In this document: one piece after another, positions 27,327-34,419 of the stretch | Layout of the letters: each line of letters opens with the position of its first letter | Position numbering within the stretch: the stretch's first letter is position 1 | Virus record (IMG/VR): IMGVR_UViG_3300025388_000010 | Span: 1 to 35,957 of that record | Length of the DNA: 35,957 bases | Strand: one strand, 5' to 3' | DNA from: a virus | Taxonomy: Duplodnaviria > Caudoviricetes | Made by a program: the position numbers and the translations under genes | Notes under the pieces: model-generated | Databases searched by the model: none | Told to the model about the DNA's origin: nothing | The model's input: only the letters and a program-made list of their open reading frames with translations

Positions 27327-27836
27327 CTATTCGTCCCCTAGCTCCATGAGAGCCCGCAGGACGGTCACGTTTACATCGTGAGAGACTTCCGCCTTGTCGC
27401 TCTGGCCAAGCTCGTTCTTGCCCAGCCATATCATCATGGGCACCGAGCCCTCATCAACCGCAGCCCGCCATTGAGCCCGCCGCAGACTGACCTTGCCGTC
27501 GCCCCGTTCGGCGTCAAGTACTTCAGATACAACGGGATTTTGCGCCTTGAAACGGATGAAGGTTTCCTCCGAGACCCGCAGGGCAGAGGCTATTTCCTTG
27601 TTTGTCGCGTTGATCCTGGCAAGATCAGCTATGCGCTGGAGCGTCACCGGATCAGGTAGCAGCGCCCCGCGATAGCCATAACTCGGGTTGCTTTTCTCTA
27701 GTACCGCCATCACCTCAGGCGTGGCAGCGACAACCCTAATTCCCTTCAATGCCTTAGCTCTCGTCGCCTTAGCCTTGCGTTGGGCGGCCTGATAGGTTGC
27801 CGACGGCTTGCCTGGTTCAGGCTTGGGGCTTGGCAT
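27327..27836 (-). CDS. terS: terminase small subunit
   Basis: HTH (ATNKEIASALRVSEETF), GKVSLRRAQW...MMIWLGKNELGQSDK motif; upstream of terL. Confidence 0.8.
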   Translation of the reverse strand: MPSPKPEPGKPSATYQAAQRKAKATRAKALKGIRVVAATPEVMAVLEKSNPSYGYRGALLPDPVTLQRIADLARINATNKEIASALRVSEETFIRFKAQNPVVSEVLDAERGDGKVSLRRAQWRAAVDEGSVPMMIWLGKNELGQSDKAEVSHDVNVTVLRALMELGDE

Positions 27837-28080
27837 GATTTAGCACCTCCGAGAGACCATCAGGCGGAAGAGCGCCAGACGTGAAGAGATCGAGGGCAAC
27901 GGATACAGGCCCGGATATGACTGTCTTTCCCCTCTCATAGTCCCTTACGGACTGCGCTACATCAGAACCACCCAGCCTTAAGGCCCGGCCTAGTTCTCCC
28001 CACGTAATGGGTCTGTTAAGGCCCCATAGCTCGCCGAGGAATACCCTGGCTTCCCACATCTCCCGTGGTTCCATTGTCAT
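27817..28080 (-). CDS. XRE/Cro-like HTH regulator
   Basis: ITWGELGRALRL...SVRDYERGKTVISGPVSVAL; start uncertain (28080 or 28158). Confidence 0.7.
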   Translation of the reverse strand: MTMEPREMWEARVFLGELWGLNRPITWGELGRALRLGGSDVAQSVRDYERGKTVISGPVSVALDLFTSGALPPDGLSEVLNHAKPQA

Positions 28081-28171
28081 GTTGCGTTGCGTGTCAGTAG
28101 GGCTTTGAACCGTTGCCGATCGCACAGCCGTTGTGCAGGGCTTGACGGCCTGGAGCATCCAGGGCTTGCCA

Positions 28172-28435
28172 CTATTCCAGCTCCCCGCTTGTATCGTACC
28201 ACGCCGACAGATAGCGCCCGTCAATCGGATCAGACCCAATAGCCTTAACACGATCAGCCACCGCGAGAGCTATCGCCGCTTGCGCCGCCTCCTCGCCGTG
28301 CTGGCGATACATAAGCCCAAGCAGACTATCGGCGCGGCCATAATACAAGTGCGCAAAATGCCCTAAGCCATTCGGAACCCCGTTGAGCGTGTCAACGTAT
28401 TCCCGCGCGAGTGTTTCTAGATTGCTCATATTCAA
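28172..28435 (-). CDS. hypothetical early protein
   Basis: Coupled to 28432..28737 inside cassette D. Confidence 0.6.
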   Translation of the reverse strand: MNMSNLETLAREYVDTLNGVPNGLGHFAHLYYGRADSLLGLMYRQHGEEAAQAAIALAVADRVKAIGSDPIDGRYLSAWYDTSGELE

Positions 28436-28737
28436 TCATCCCACCGTATCGGCTCAGGTTCCCAGCCATTACCAGACGCCGCCAGATCATCCGTCACCAC
28501 GTCACCCAGCGCGGCCGCAATATTCGCTTGCAGAACCTTCCAGGCCTCCGACTTGCGATCAATTCCCGCCAGCAGATCCCGTTGTTCCCCGCCGACCATA
28601 ACGAACAGGCTGGAGACTTCCACCAGCTCCACCTCTGGAGCGTCGCCCGGGTGATCCCACGTTGCCTTGGAGCCGGGGAGATATTCGCCCTCACCCAGGA
28701 AGCCCACTTCCACCCAACTGATAGACGTTACAATCAT
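28432..28737 (-). CDS. acidic hypothetical early protein
   Basis: YLPGSKATWDHPGDAPEVEL motif; first gene after promoter D. Confidence 0.65.
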   Translation of the reverse strand: MIVTSISWVEVGFLGEGEYLPGSKATWDHPGDAPEVELVEVSSLFVMVGGEQRDLLAGIDRKSEAWKVLQANIAAALGDVVTDDLAASGNGWEPEPIRWDD

Positions 28738-28749
28738 TTCAGAACCCCT

Positions 28750-28798
28750 AGGGCGCAGCCCTTGCTATTGATATTACAGAAGAAACCCGCGAAGGCAA
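28750..28798 (-). promoter_or_regulatory. early promoter D with leader hairpin
   Basis: TTGCCT-N16-TAATAT followed by AGGGC-TGC-GCCCT hairpin and SD. Confidence 0.55.
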
Positions 28799-28814
28799 GG
28801 GGGCCGAAGCCCCC
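28799..28814 (-). terminator. GC hairpin with UUCG loop after 28822..29034
   Basis: GGGGGC-TTCG-GCCCCC just after the stop codon; U-tract is weak. Confidence 0.5.
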
Positions 28815-28821
28815 GCCCGTG

Positions 28822-29034
28822 TCAGGCCGCAGCGTCAAGAGCTTGCGCCCGCTTCGCCACAGCGATCATGCCGCGAATGGTGCCGGGCTCAAACATTTGA
28901 ACGCCGCAGTTTTCCTGCGTTTCAATCAGCATCGCACCCCAGCAGATCACCCCCGACCAATCGGAACCATCACACGCCACGCAATAAGCGTGATATTCGA
29001 CTGCCAGGGACTTGATTTGGGCTTGAATGTTCAT
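28822..29034 (-). CDS. hypothetical early protein
   Basis: GAAAGG SD; only gene of cassette C. Confidence 0.7.
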   Translation of the reverse strand: MNIQAQIKSLAVEYHAYCVACDGSDWSGVICWGAMLIETQENCGVQMFEPGTIRGMIAVAKRAQALDAAA

Positions 29035-29051
29035 GGTCTTGCCTTTCGCTT

Positions 29052-29129
29052 GGGGCGCCGCCCCGCTGTTTATAAGGATTTATCTCATGCCCTATCTATA
29101 ACGTCAACACTTATTTTTGATTATTTAGT
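29052..29129 (-). promoter_or_regulatory. early promoter C with leader hairpin
   Basis: ACTAA-N17-TTGACG-N17-GATAAA, then GGGGC-GGC-GCCCC. Confidence 0.75.
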
Positions 29130-29141
29130 CTATTTTGCGGA

Positions 29142-29237
29142 CTAATAAACCACCAGCGCCACGAGGATCAGAAACGCCCCAAACGCCGCCAAGATCAAAA
29201 CCGCACCCACCACGTCGACCAGCTTGGCACCGCTCAC
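29142..29237 (-). CDS. 31-aa single-TM micropeptide (not in the ORF track)
   Basis: MSGAKLVDVVGAVLILAAFGAFLILVALVVY; GTGA-coupled to the upstream stop. Confidence 0.6.
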   Translation of the reverse strand: MSGAKLVDVVGAVLILAAFGAFLILVALVVY

Positions 29238-29509
29238 GCCTCATCCCCATCACCATACGCCGACGGGATGAGCATTCCCGTCTGACAACAGACCAGCTCC
29301 TGGTTTTCCCAGTTAACGTCTATCCAAAGCACATGCCAGCCCGACCGGCGGTCTTTATCCAGGTGCGCCCGCACAATGTGGCACCAATTAGCTCGAGCGC
29401 CGTCGATACTCATTGCCTCGCCGTCGCACATCACCAAAAACAACGGATAACCACCCGGCCAGGCGTACCGATCCCGCAGCGCCCGCTTCACGTCTGACAG
29501 GTTAAGCAT
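29234..29509 (-). CDS. conserved hypothetical phage protein
   Basis: YAWPGGYPLF...DG...VNWEN...C...IPSAYG motif. Confidence 0.75.
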   Translation of the reverse strand: MLNLSDVKRALRDRYAWPGGYPLFLVMCDGEAMSIDGARANWCHIVRAHLDKDRRSGWHVLWIDVNWENQELVCCQTGMLIPSAYGDGDEA

Positions 29510-29957
29510 TCGCCGCCCCCAACTTCTCGCGCAGGAGATCGCTAGTCCGGTTCAGCCAACGCTCCCGCGCTTGATCACCGGCCGCATTGCTCAGGATCGA
29601 CCGCTCTAGAAATTTGTCTACCGCCTCAATAAACGTCCGCCCGTAATCGTCTCGCGAGCCATACCGAGCCGCCCGCCTCGCCAGATCACCGCCTAACATT
29701 CGCGCATAAGCACAACCCCGACTGAACCCGTAAAGATCGGATGCGACCGCCTCGCGACCATCCCGGAACCCTTGCACCCCCGTTGCAGCATTTTCGACAA
29801 TGAGACGCTTAGCCAGCGTCACGCCGTCCCGTTGCCGCTTTTCATATTTTAGGCAGTCGTGAAGCCTATCAGCCCCGCCCGTGTCATAGCCCGCGAGATA
29901 TTCGAGGAGCGAATAGGCGGCATCAATCGCCGCCTTTTCCTTCTTGAGGTAATCCAT
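29502..29957 (-). CDS. hypothetical early protein
   Basis: GGAG SD; TAATG coupling to the upstream gene. Confidence 0.65.
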   Translation of the reverse strand: MDYLKKEKAAIDAAYSLLEYLAGYDTGGADRLHDCLKYEKRQRDGVTLAKRLIVENAATGVQGFRDGREAVASDLYGFSRGCAYARMLGGDLARRAARYGSRDDYGRTFIEAVDKFLERSILSNAAGDQARERWLNRTSDLLREKLGAANA

Positions 29958-30178
29958 TACGCCGCTTGCTCCTGCATCATGGCCGCGAAGATGCAGTCCG
30001 CATCCGCCAGGGTTTCAATAATATCGTCTCGGGTCGGCTTGCCTTCCGTATCCTCGAAGAGATCAAACCAACAGGCGTCGGCGAAATCGTCAACACTTAG
30101 GCCAGTCAAGCGAACGATCAAATTGTTGACCTTGCGCATGAAGAAAGCGAATTCCGCGTTTTCGTGGTCTTGATACAT
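29957..30178 (-). CDS. small acidic early protein
   Basis: GGGAG SD; GLSVDDFADACWFDLFED. Confidence 0.7.
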   Translation of the reverse strand: MYQDHENAEFAFFMRKVNNLIVRLTGLSVDDFADACWFDLFEDTEGKPTRDDIIETLADADCIFAAMMQEQAA

Positions 30179-30193
30179 TGGACTTTCTCCCGT

Positions 30194-30271
30194 GGGGCGT
30201 CGCCCCGTTGCTGATGACCATTTGTCGCACACCTATATTCAGGCGTCAACAATTATTTCAGATGGTTTAGT
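30194..30271 (-). promoter_or_regulatory. early promoter B with leader hairpin
   Basis: ACTAA-N17-TTGACG-N17-GACAAA, then TCATCAGCAACGGGGCGACGCCCCAC. Confidence 0.78.
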
Positions 30272-30350
30272 TATTAATCCGCCACGTCAGGAACGCCAGG
30301 CCCCACACCGTGACCAGCGCCAGCGCGTCCGTCAGGGTTAGCCGCCTCAT
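30267..30350 (-). CDS. 27-aa single-TM micropeptide (not in the ORF track)
   Basis: MRRLTLTDALALVTVWGLAFLTWRINN; ATGA-coupled, GGGAG SD. Confidence 0.6.
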   Translation of the reverse strand: MRRLTLTDALALVTVWGLAFLTWRINN

Positions 30351-30637
30351 GCTCCCGCATCCAGCTCGACGAGGAAATCAATCACCAGGCTATCGACCCA
30401 AGCCACGTACCGAACCGGATCGGCCTCGGCGCATCTGGCAATCTTGCGGAGCAAATCCAGCATGGCCGGAGCCGCCGCGATCAATCTCGCGTTAGCCTCG
30501 CCCGCCGGATCGCCCGGGCAATAGCGCATGACTTCGGCCACAAAGAAGCCCGCATCCCCCTTGCGGGTGACAACCGACCACTTCGACCCGTCCGGACTGA
30601 CAGGAAACCACGGCCCGGGAGTGTGCTCACTTTCCAC
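30347..30637 (-). CDS. conserved phage protein (HTPGPW...ANARLIAAAP family)
   Basis: HTPGPW and EANARLIAAAPAML motifs. Confidence 0.8.
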   Translation of the reverse strand: MESEHTPGPWFPVSPDGSKWSVVTRKGDAGFFVAEVMRYCPGDPAGEANARLIAAAPAMLDLLRKIARCAEADPVRYVAWVDSLVIDFLVELDAGA

Positions 30638-31007
30638 CGATCACCCCATCCACTCGCGCCAAGACGTCATCGAGACAAGCCGAACGGAACCCCGAGAGAG
30701 CCGCTCGGATTTTTTGCATAGTCCGCAATTCGTCCTGTATCGTTCGCCAATCCTCTTCGGAAAACACCCCCGCCACATCCTCGCCCGCAGACTTGAGCGC
30801 AGCCCGCGCCGCGTCCGGATCATTCTCTGCCAGCCAGTCCGCCACGTCAGAGGCCGCAGCCTCATTTAGAACCGTTTCCAAATGCCCGTTGCTAACCACC
30901 CAGGCCGCAACGTCCGACGGTTCCATTTCGTCCAGCAAATCATCCGTATCGACCTCCGCCAAAAAGTCTGAAAGATCGACACGCGCCGACACAACCACCG
31001 TTGTCAT
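30627..31007 (-). CDS. highly acidic early protein
   Basis: VDLSDFLAEVDTDDLLDEM...; sits in the operon of cassette A. Confidence 0.7.
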   Translation of the reverse strand: MTTVVVSARVDLSDFLAEVDTDDLLDEMEPSDVAAWVVSNGHLETVLNEAAASDVADWLAENDPDAARAALKSAGEDVAGVFSEEDWRTIQDELRTMQKIRAALSGFRSACLDDVLARVDGVIGGK

Positions 31008-31009
31008 GA

Positions 31010-31249
31010 TCAGCGACCCCCCACCAGCGCCTTAAGTTCAGCCTTCAGCGCCTTGGCTTCCTCGCCCCGGAACGTCGCGGCATTCGACAGGAAATAAAGC
31101 ACGATAGACTTCCCGCTGTCATAGATATATTTATCGTCGATCGAGGACAGATCGCGCATTGCGTCAAGATACGGCTTAGCCGCAAAATTGACCTTAGGAC
31201 CCCAGGCCTTGCGGATATCCTTGGCGATCTCATAAACCGGACGAGACAT
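31010..31249 (-). CDS. conserved hypothetical phage protein
   Basis: RPVYEIAKDIRKAW...AKPYLDAM...IVLYFLSNA...RGEEAKALKAELK; GAGGA SD. Confidence 0.8.
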   Translation of the reverse strand: MSRPVYEIAKDIRKAWGPKVNFAAKPYLDAMRDLSSIDDKYIYDSGKSIVLYFLSNAATFRGEEAKALKAELKALVGGR

Positions 31250-31267
31250 GTTTGCATTTCCTCTAGT

Positions 31268-31346
31268 GGGGCGTCGCCCCGTTGCTGATGAAAACAACCT
31301 ACTCCACCGTTGCTCAGGCGTCAACAAAAAAAGATAACTAATTAGT
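31268..31346 (-). promoter_or_regulatory. early promoter A with leader hairpin
   Basis: ACTAA-N17-TTGACG-N17-TAGGTT, then TCATCAGCAACGGGGCGACGCCCCAC. Confidence 0.8.
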
Positions 31347-31393
31347 CAACAAACGGGACCATACCCCGAGACATTATCAAACGCGCCAGCGCG

Positions 31394-32059
31394 TCACGCG
31401 CCCGCAGGAGCGCCCGTGGCGGGTGTAGGGGGGTCTGCGCTACCCACATAGCGGACGACCACGCCGCGCCCGCGTAGCACCCCTCTGAGGGCGCTGGACA
31501 AAGCATCGCTGGACAGACGGTTCCTAGCGAGGATGGACAAATCGGTTTCTACCCATTTGGACGGATCGAGATACGACCGCACCCAAGGCTCCCCCATGAG
31601 CTGGACAGCCTCTTGCCGAAGGCTCTCTTCCGCGAAGCGGTTTCCCTCTAATGATATATATATTGGTTCTGGTTTTGGTTGCTTAAGCGATCGTTCAGCG
31701 CCCGCTACCCCTGACTTGTTATATTTCAATGCGTTAGCCTTGCCGCCGTTTGACCCGGCTACCCTCCGCTGTTTAACAGCAGCCTCATATTTGGTCCACT
31801 CGGTGGACAATCGGCCATGCGTGATATGGTCCGGCTGGACGTCAAAGAAGGCGAGTATGGTTGGACGGATGCGGTCCCACTGGACGTTGGACAGATGGGC
31901 AGCCCTGGACAAATAGCGATCGTCGTTAGGCAGGGATCCACCAGCCCGCCACATGGCCATCAGCAAGAGCAGATAGGCTCCATGCTCGGTCGTGGTAAGA
32001 TGGACAGTGTCGGCCAGATAATCACCGACATAAAACGGCATGTAGGGTGGACCGGACAA
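31394..32059 (-). CDS. replication initiator, DUF1376/YdaU family
   Basis: YMPFYVGDYLADTVHLTTTEHGAYLLLLMAMW...LPNDD; TTG start with AGGAGG SD. Confidence 0.85.
   Translation of the reverse strand: MSGPPYMPFYVGDYLADTVHLTTTEHGAYLLLLMAMWRAGGSLPNDDRYLSRAAHLSNVQWDRIRPTILAFFDVQPDHITHGRLSTEWTKYEAAVKQRRVAGSNGGKANALKYNKSGVAGAERSLKQPKPEPIYISLEGNRFAEESLRQEAVQLMGEPWVRSYLDPSKWVETDLSILARNRLSSDALSSALRGVLRGRGVVVRYVGSADPPTPATGAPAGA
31495..32052 (+). repeat. iteron-like TGGAC array (candidate replication origin)
   Basis: 13 plus-strand TGGAC copies in ~560 bp flanking an AT-rich tract at ~31648-31680. Confidence 0.65.
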
Positions 32060-32178
32060 AACGCCTCCTGTTGTATAACAGGTGCTCACCCGATATGATC
32101 CAGGTGTAGCACCGTCGCCGACACGGCGGTGATCGAACAGGGGAACCGGGGAGGGCCAGCCTCGGTTCCCCAAGTCCG

Positions 32179-32355
32179 CTAGTGTAACGGACCTTTAGGC
32201 ATACTGATCCATTCTAGGATGTCATCAACCGCCGTGCGGACCATCAGCGTGAAACATTCGGTGTTATCAGCATTGGTAGTGGCGATGAATTGCAGCAGCG
32301 CCAGCATGGCCGGGGCCGCTTCGATCGCTCTGTCATATTCGTCGTCTACAACCAT
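32179..32355 (-). CDS. 58-aa hypothetical protein (not in the ORF track)
   Basis: MVVDDEYDRAIEAAPAMLALLQF...; overlaps the upstream stop. Confidence 0.55.
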   Translation of the reverse strand: MVVDDEYDRAIEAAPAMLALLQFIATTNADNTECFTLMVRTAVDDILEWISMPKGPLH

Positions 32356-32621
32356 CCCTCGGCCCTCGCAATCACGCTCACCATGCGGTCCACGACTGCA
32401 CGGCCCGCGGTGTCTGACTTATTCCCTTGGGTCTTCTCCTGTTGCGCCACTCGAATTAGCAGCAAGAGGCAGGAAGACCGCAGCACCTCCAGCATTTCCG
32501 GAGCGGCCAGCTGTAAAGCCATCTCCGCAAGATCCGCCGCTTCGGCTGCATCCGTGTGCAGATCAGTATTTGAAGAAATATCCAGCGCCGCATCGTCGGC
32601 CTCTTCCACCTGGTAAATCAT
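32346..32621 (-). CDS. hypothetical protein with AAPEML motif
   Basis: GAGGA SD; LQLAAPEMLEVL...VIARAEG. Confidence 0.65.
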   Translation of the reverse strand: MIYQVEEADDAALDISSNTDLHTDAAEAADLAEMALQLAAPEMLEVLRSSCLLLLIRVAQQEKTQGNKSDTAGRAVVDRMVSVIARAEGWL

Positions 32622-32654
32622 GTGCGATCCTCATCTGAGCGTTGGACAAACCTA

Positions 32655-32939
32655 TCAGGTGTATTGCTCAATAAATGGTTTTTGACTAGCGAGTTTCTTG
32701 TTCGCTCTTGACATGGCGTCTTCATGCCGATGGACGCCCCACATGACCCCGGTGTGGTGGACATTGAAGTGACGGGCGATCTTCGGATAGCTGTTGCCAA
32801 GCTCATGCGCCGCCCACCATATCTCCCAGCGTATGGGGATCAGGGGGCGGTGGACAATCGTTCCCTGGAGGTGGGATGGAGTGATCCCCTCACGCTCGCA
32901 GACGATCCGGACCATCTCAGCTATTTTCACGCAGAGCAT
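32655..32939 (-). CDS. stand-alone DnaA C-terminal (Bac_DnaA_C-like) HTH protein
   Basis: VCEREGITPSHL...IRWEIWW...SYPKIARHFNVHHTGVMWGV resembles the S.P.IG..F.RDHTTV motif; start uncertain. Confidence 0.72.
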   Translation of the reverse strand: MLCVKIAEMVRIVCEREGITPSHLQGTIVHRPLIPIRWEIWWAAHELGNSYPKIARHFNVHHTGVMWGVHRHEDAMSRANKKLASQKPFIEQYT

Positions 32940-33102
32940 CCCGGCGCGCGCGTTGATACGCCTTCTGGCAGATTTGCCGCCGCTCAAACAGAAGCGGGTT
33001 CTTGATGGACTGAAGGCGATCGACCTCCTGGTCAATGGCCGCAACCCGGTCAAGCTCATCGTCATAAAGCCATTCACGCCACTCAATTCTGACTGGTCTC
33101 AT
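32917..33102 (-). CDS. small hypothetical protein
   Basis: GAGGGA SD; first gene of the leftward replication unit. Confidence 0.6.
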   Translation of the reverse strand: MRPVRIEWREWLYDDELDRVAAIDQEVDRLQSIKNPLLFERRQICQKAYQRARRDALRENS

Positions 33103-33109
33103 GATATTC

Positions 33110-33170
33110 CCTCAAAATAATTGCCTGACAGTGTATTGCATCCGTCAACGGTGTATGTCAATCTCGTTTT
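33110..33170. promoter_or_regulatory. divergent overlapping promoters
   Basis: Rightward TTGCAT-N17-CAATCT; leftward TTGACG and TTGACA hexamers; GTGTAT repeated twice. Confidence 0.55.
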
Positions 33171-33217
33171 GTCCGGTGGTTATCCCAACCTGATGGACAA
33201 GCAACCCAGAGAGACAA

Positions 33218-33802
33218 ATGATCCAGATCACGGGCGATATCGCCCCATTCGCCAAAGGGCTCATTGCGGCCCAAAAGGCTTACAAGACGGTCGAAAAGAC
33301 CGGCACCAACCCCCAGTTCAAGAGCAAGTACGCGACCCTGGACGACCTGTTCACGGCCCTGCTTCCGGCCCTGAACAACAACGGCATTGCCCTGATGCAG
33401 TCCGCCGAATTTGACGGGGACATGGTGAGCGTCACCACCGTTCTGATGCACGAGAGCGGTACCACGGTCTCGTCCAAACTCTCCATGCGGCCCACAGCGA
33501 CCACGCCCCAGGCACTCGGCAGTTGTCAGACCTATGCAAGACGGTATTCCCTGCAATCTCTGGCCGGATGCAACGGTGAGAGCGACGACGATGGCAACGC
33601 CGCGTCCGAGGGCAAGGAACGCCCGAAGCCCGCTCGTTACATCAACCAGACGCAAGAGGACACGCTGCGTGACCTCGCCTTGGACGTGGGTGCGGATCTT
33701 CTCAAGTTCTGCGCCTACCTCAAGATTGAGAAGCTCGCCCTGCTGCCGGAAGATCGGTTCCAAGATGCGATCGCCGCCCTCGAAGCCAAGCGGGGTGCGT
33801 GA
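33218..33802 (+). CDS. erf: ERF-family single-strand annealing protein
   Basis: NPQFKSKYATLDD...TVLMHESG...QALGSCQTYARRYSL...DDDGN. Confidence 0.92.
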   Translation: MIQITGDIAPFAKGLIAAQKAYKTVEKTGTNPQFKSKYATLDDLFTALLPALNNNGIALMQSAEFDGDMVSVTTVLMHESGTTVSSKLSMRPTATTPQALGSCQTYARRYSLQSLAGCNGESDDDGNAASEGKERPKPARYINQTQEDTLRDLALDVGADLLKFCAYLKIEKLALLPEDRFQDAIAALEAKRGA

Positions 33803-34419
33803 TGGAACAGCAAACCGAACAGTGGCACAACGCCCGCTTGGGCAAGGTCACGGCCTCGCGCCTGTCCGATGTCATGGCACGGACTAAAACGGGCTACGGA
33901 GCCTCTCGCGCCAATTACATGACCGAATTGGTCCTGGAGCGGCTCACGGGCCGAAGGGCAGAGGGCTATACCAATGCCGCCATGCAATGGGGCATTGATA
34001 CCGAAGCCGACGCCAAGGCCGCTTACGAGTTTCGGACCAATGCGGAGATTGTTTCAGTAGGTTTCATCGACCATCCCCTGATCGACATGACCGGGGCTTC
34101 CCCGGACGGCCTGATCGGGGAGGACGGGCTGATCGAGATCAAGTGCCCCAACAGCGCGACCCACATTGATTATCTCCTTACCGGGATGGTGCCGAAGAAA
34201 TACGACCTTCAAATGCAATGGCAGATGGCTTGCACGGGGCGTCAGTGGTGCGACTTCGTGTCCTATGACCCCAGGCTTCCGCCGAACCTTTCCATGCTCG
34301 TCAAACGGATTGATCGGGACTATGACCTGATCGCGGAAATGGAGATCGAGGTCAGGGAGTTTCTGGACGAGGTGACCCGTACGGTCGAATTGCTCGGCAA
34401 GATCGGGGCGCAGAAATGA
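33799..34419 (+). CDS. YqaJ/lambda-type exonuclease
   Basis: WHNARLGKVTAS...AMQWG...E...GASPDGL...IEIKCP...QMQWQM...WCDFVSY. Confidence 0.93.
   Translation: MMEQQTEQWHNARLGKVTASRLSDVMARTKTGYGASRANYMTELVLERLTGRRAEGYTNAAMQWGIDTEADAKAAYEFRTNAEIVSVGFIDHPLIDMTGASPDGLIGEDGLIEIKCPNSATHIDYLLTGMVPKKYDLQMQWQMACTGRQWCDFVSYDPRLPPNLSMLVKRIDRDYDLIAEMEIEVREFLDEVTRTVELLGKIGAQK

Noticed and set aside
26879-27429. ORFs 26879..27124 and 27235..27429 in the terS-terL gap
   Set aside because: Weak starts, low-complexity G/C-run translations and overlap with terS; more likely non-coding
30194-31300. CTGATGA next to a hairpin in the repeated leaders suggested hammerhead ribozymes
   Set aside because: No stem II followed by GAAA and no stem III geometry; the motif is on the non-transcribed strand and is absent from the other two copies
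28740-31350. Repeated GGGGCGTCGCCCC units as a CRISPR array or integron attC sites
   Set aside because: The units are 0.3-1.1 kb apart, separated by genes and tied to promoters; no cas or integrase genes are present
32060-32175. tRNA gene in the structured gap
   Set aside because: No cloverleaf with acceptor stem and correctly placed T-loop; kept as a structured leader instead
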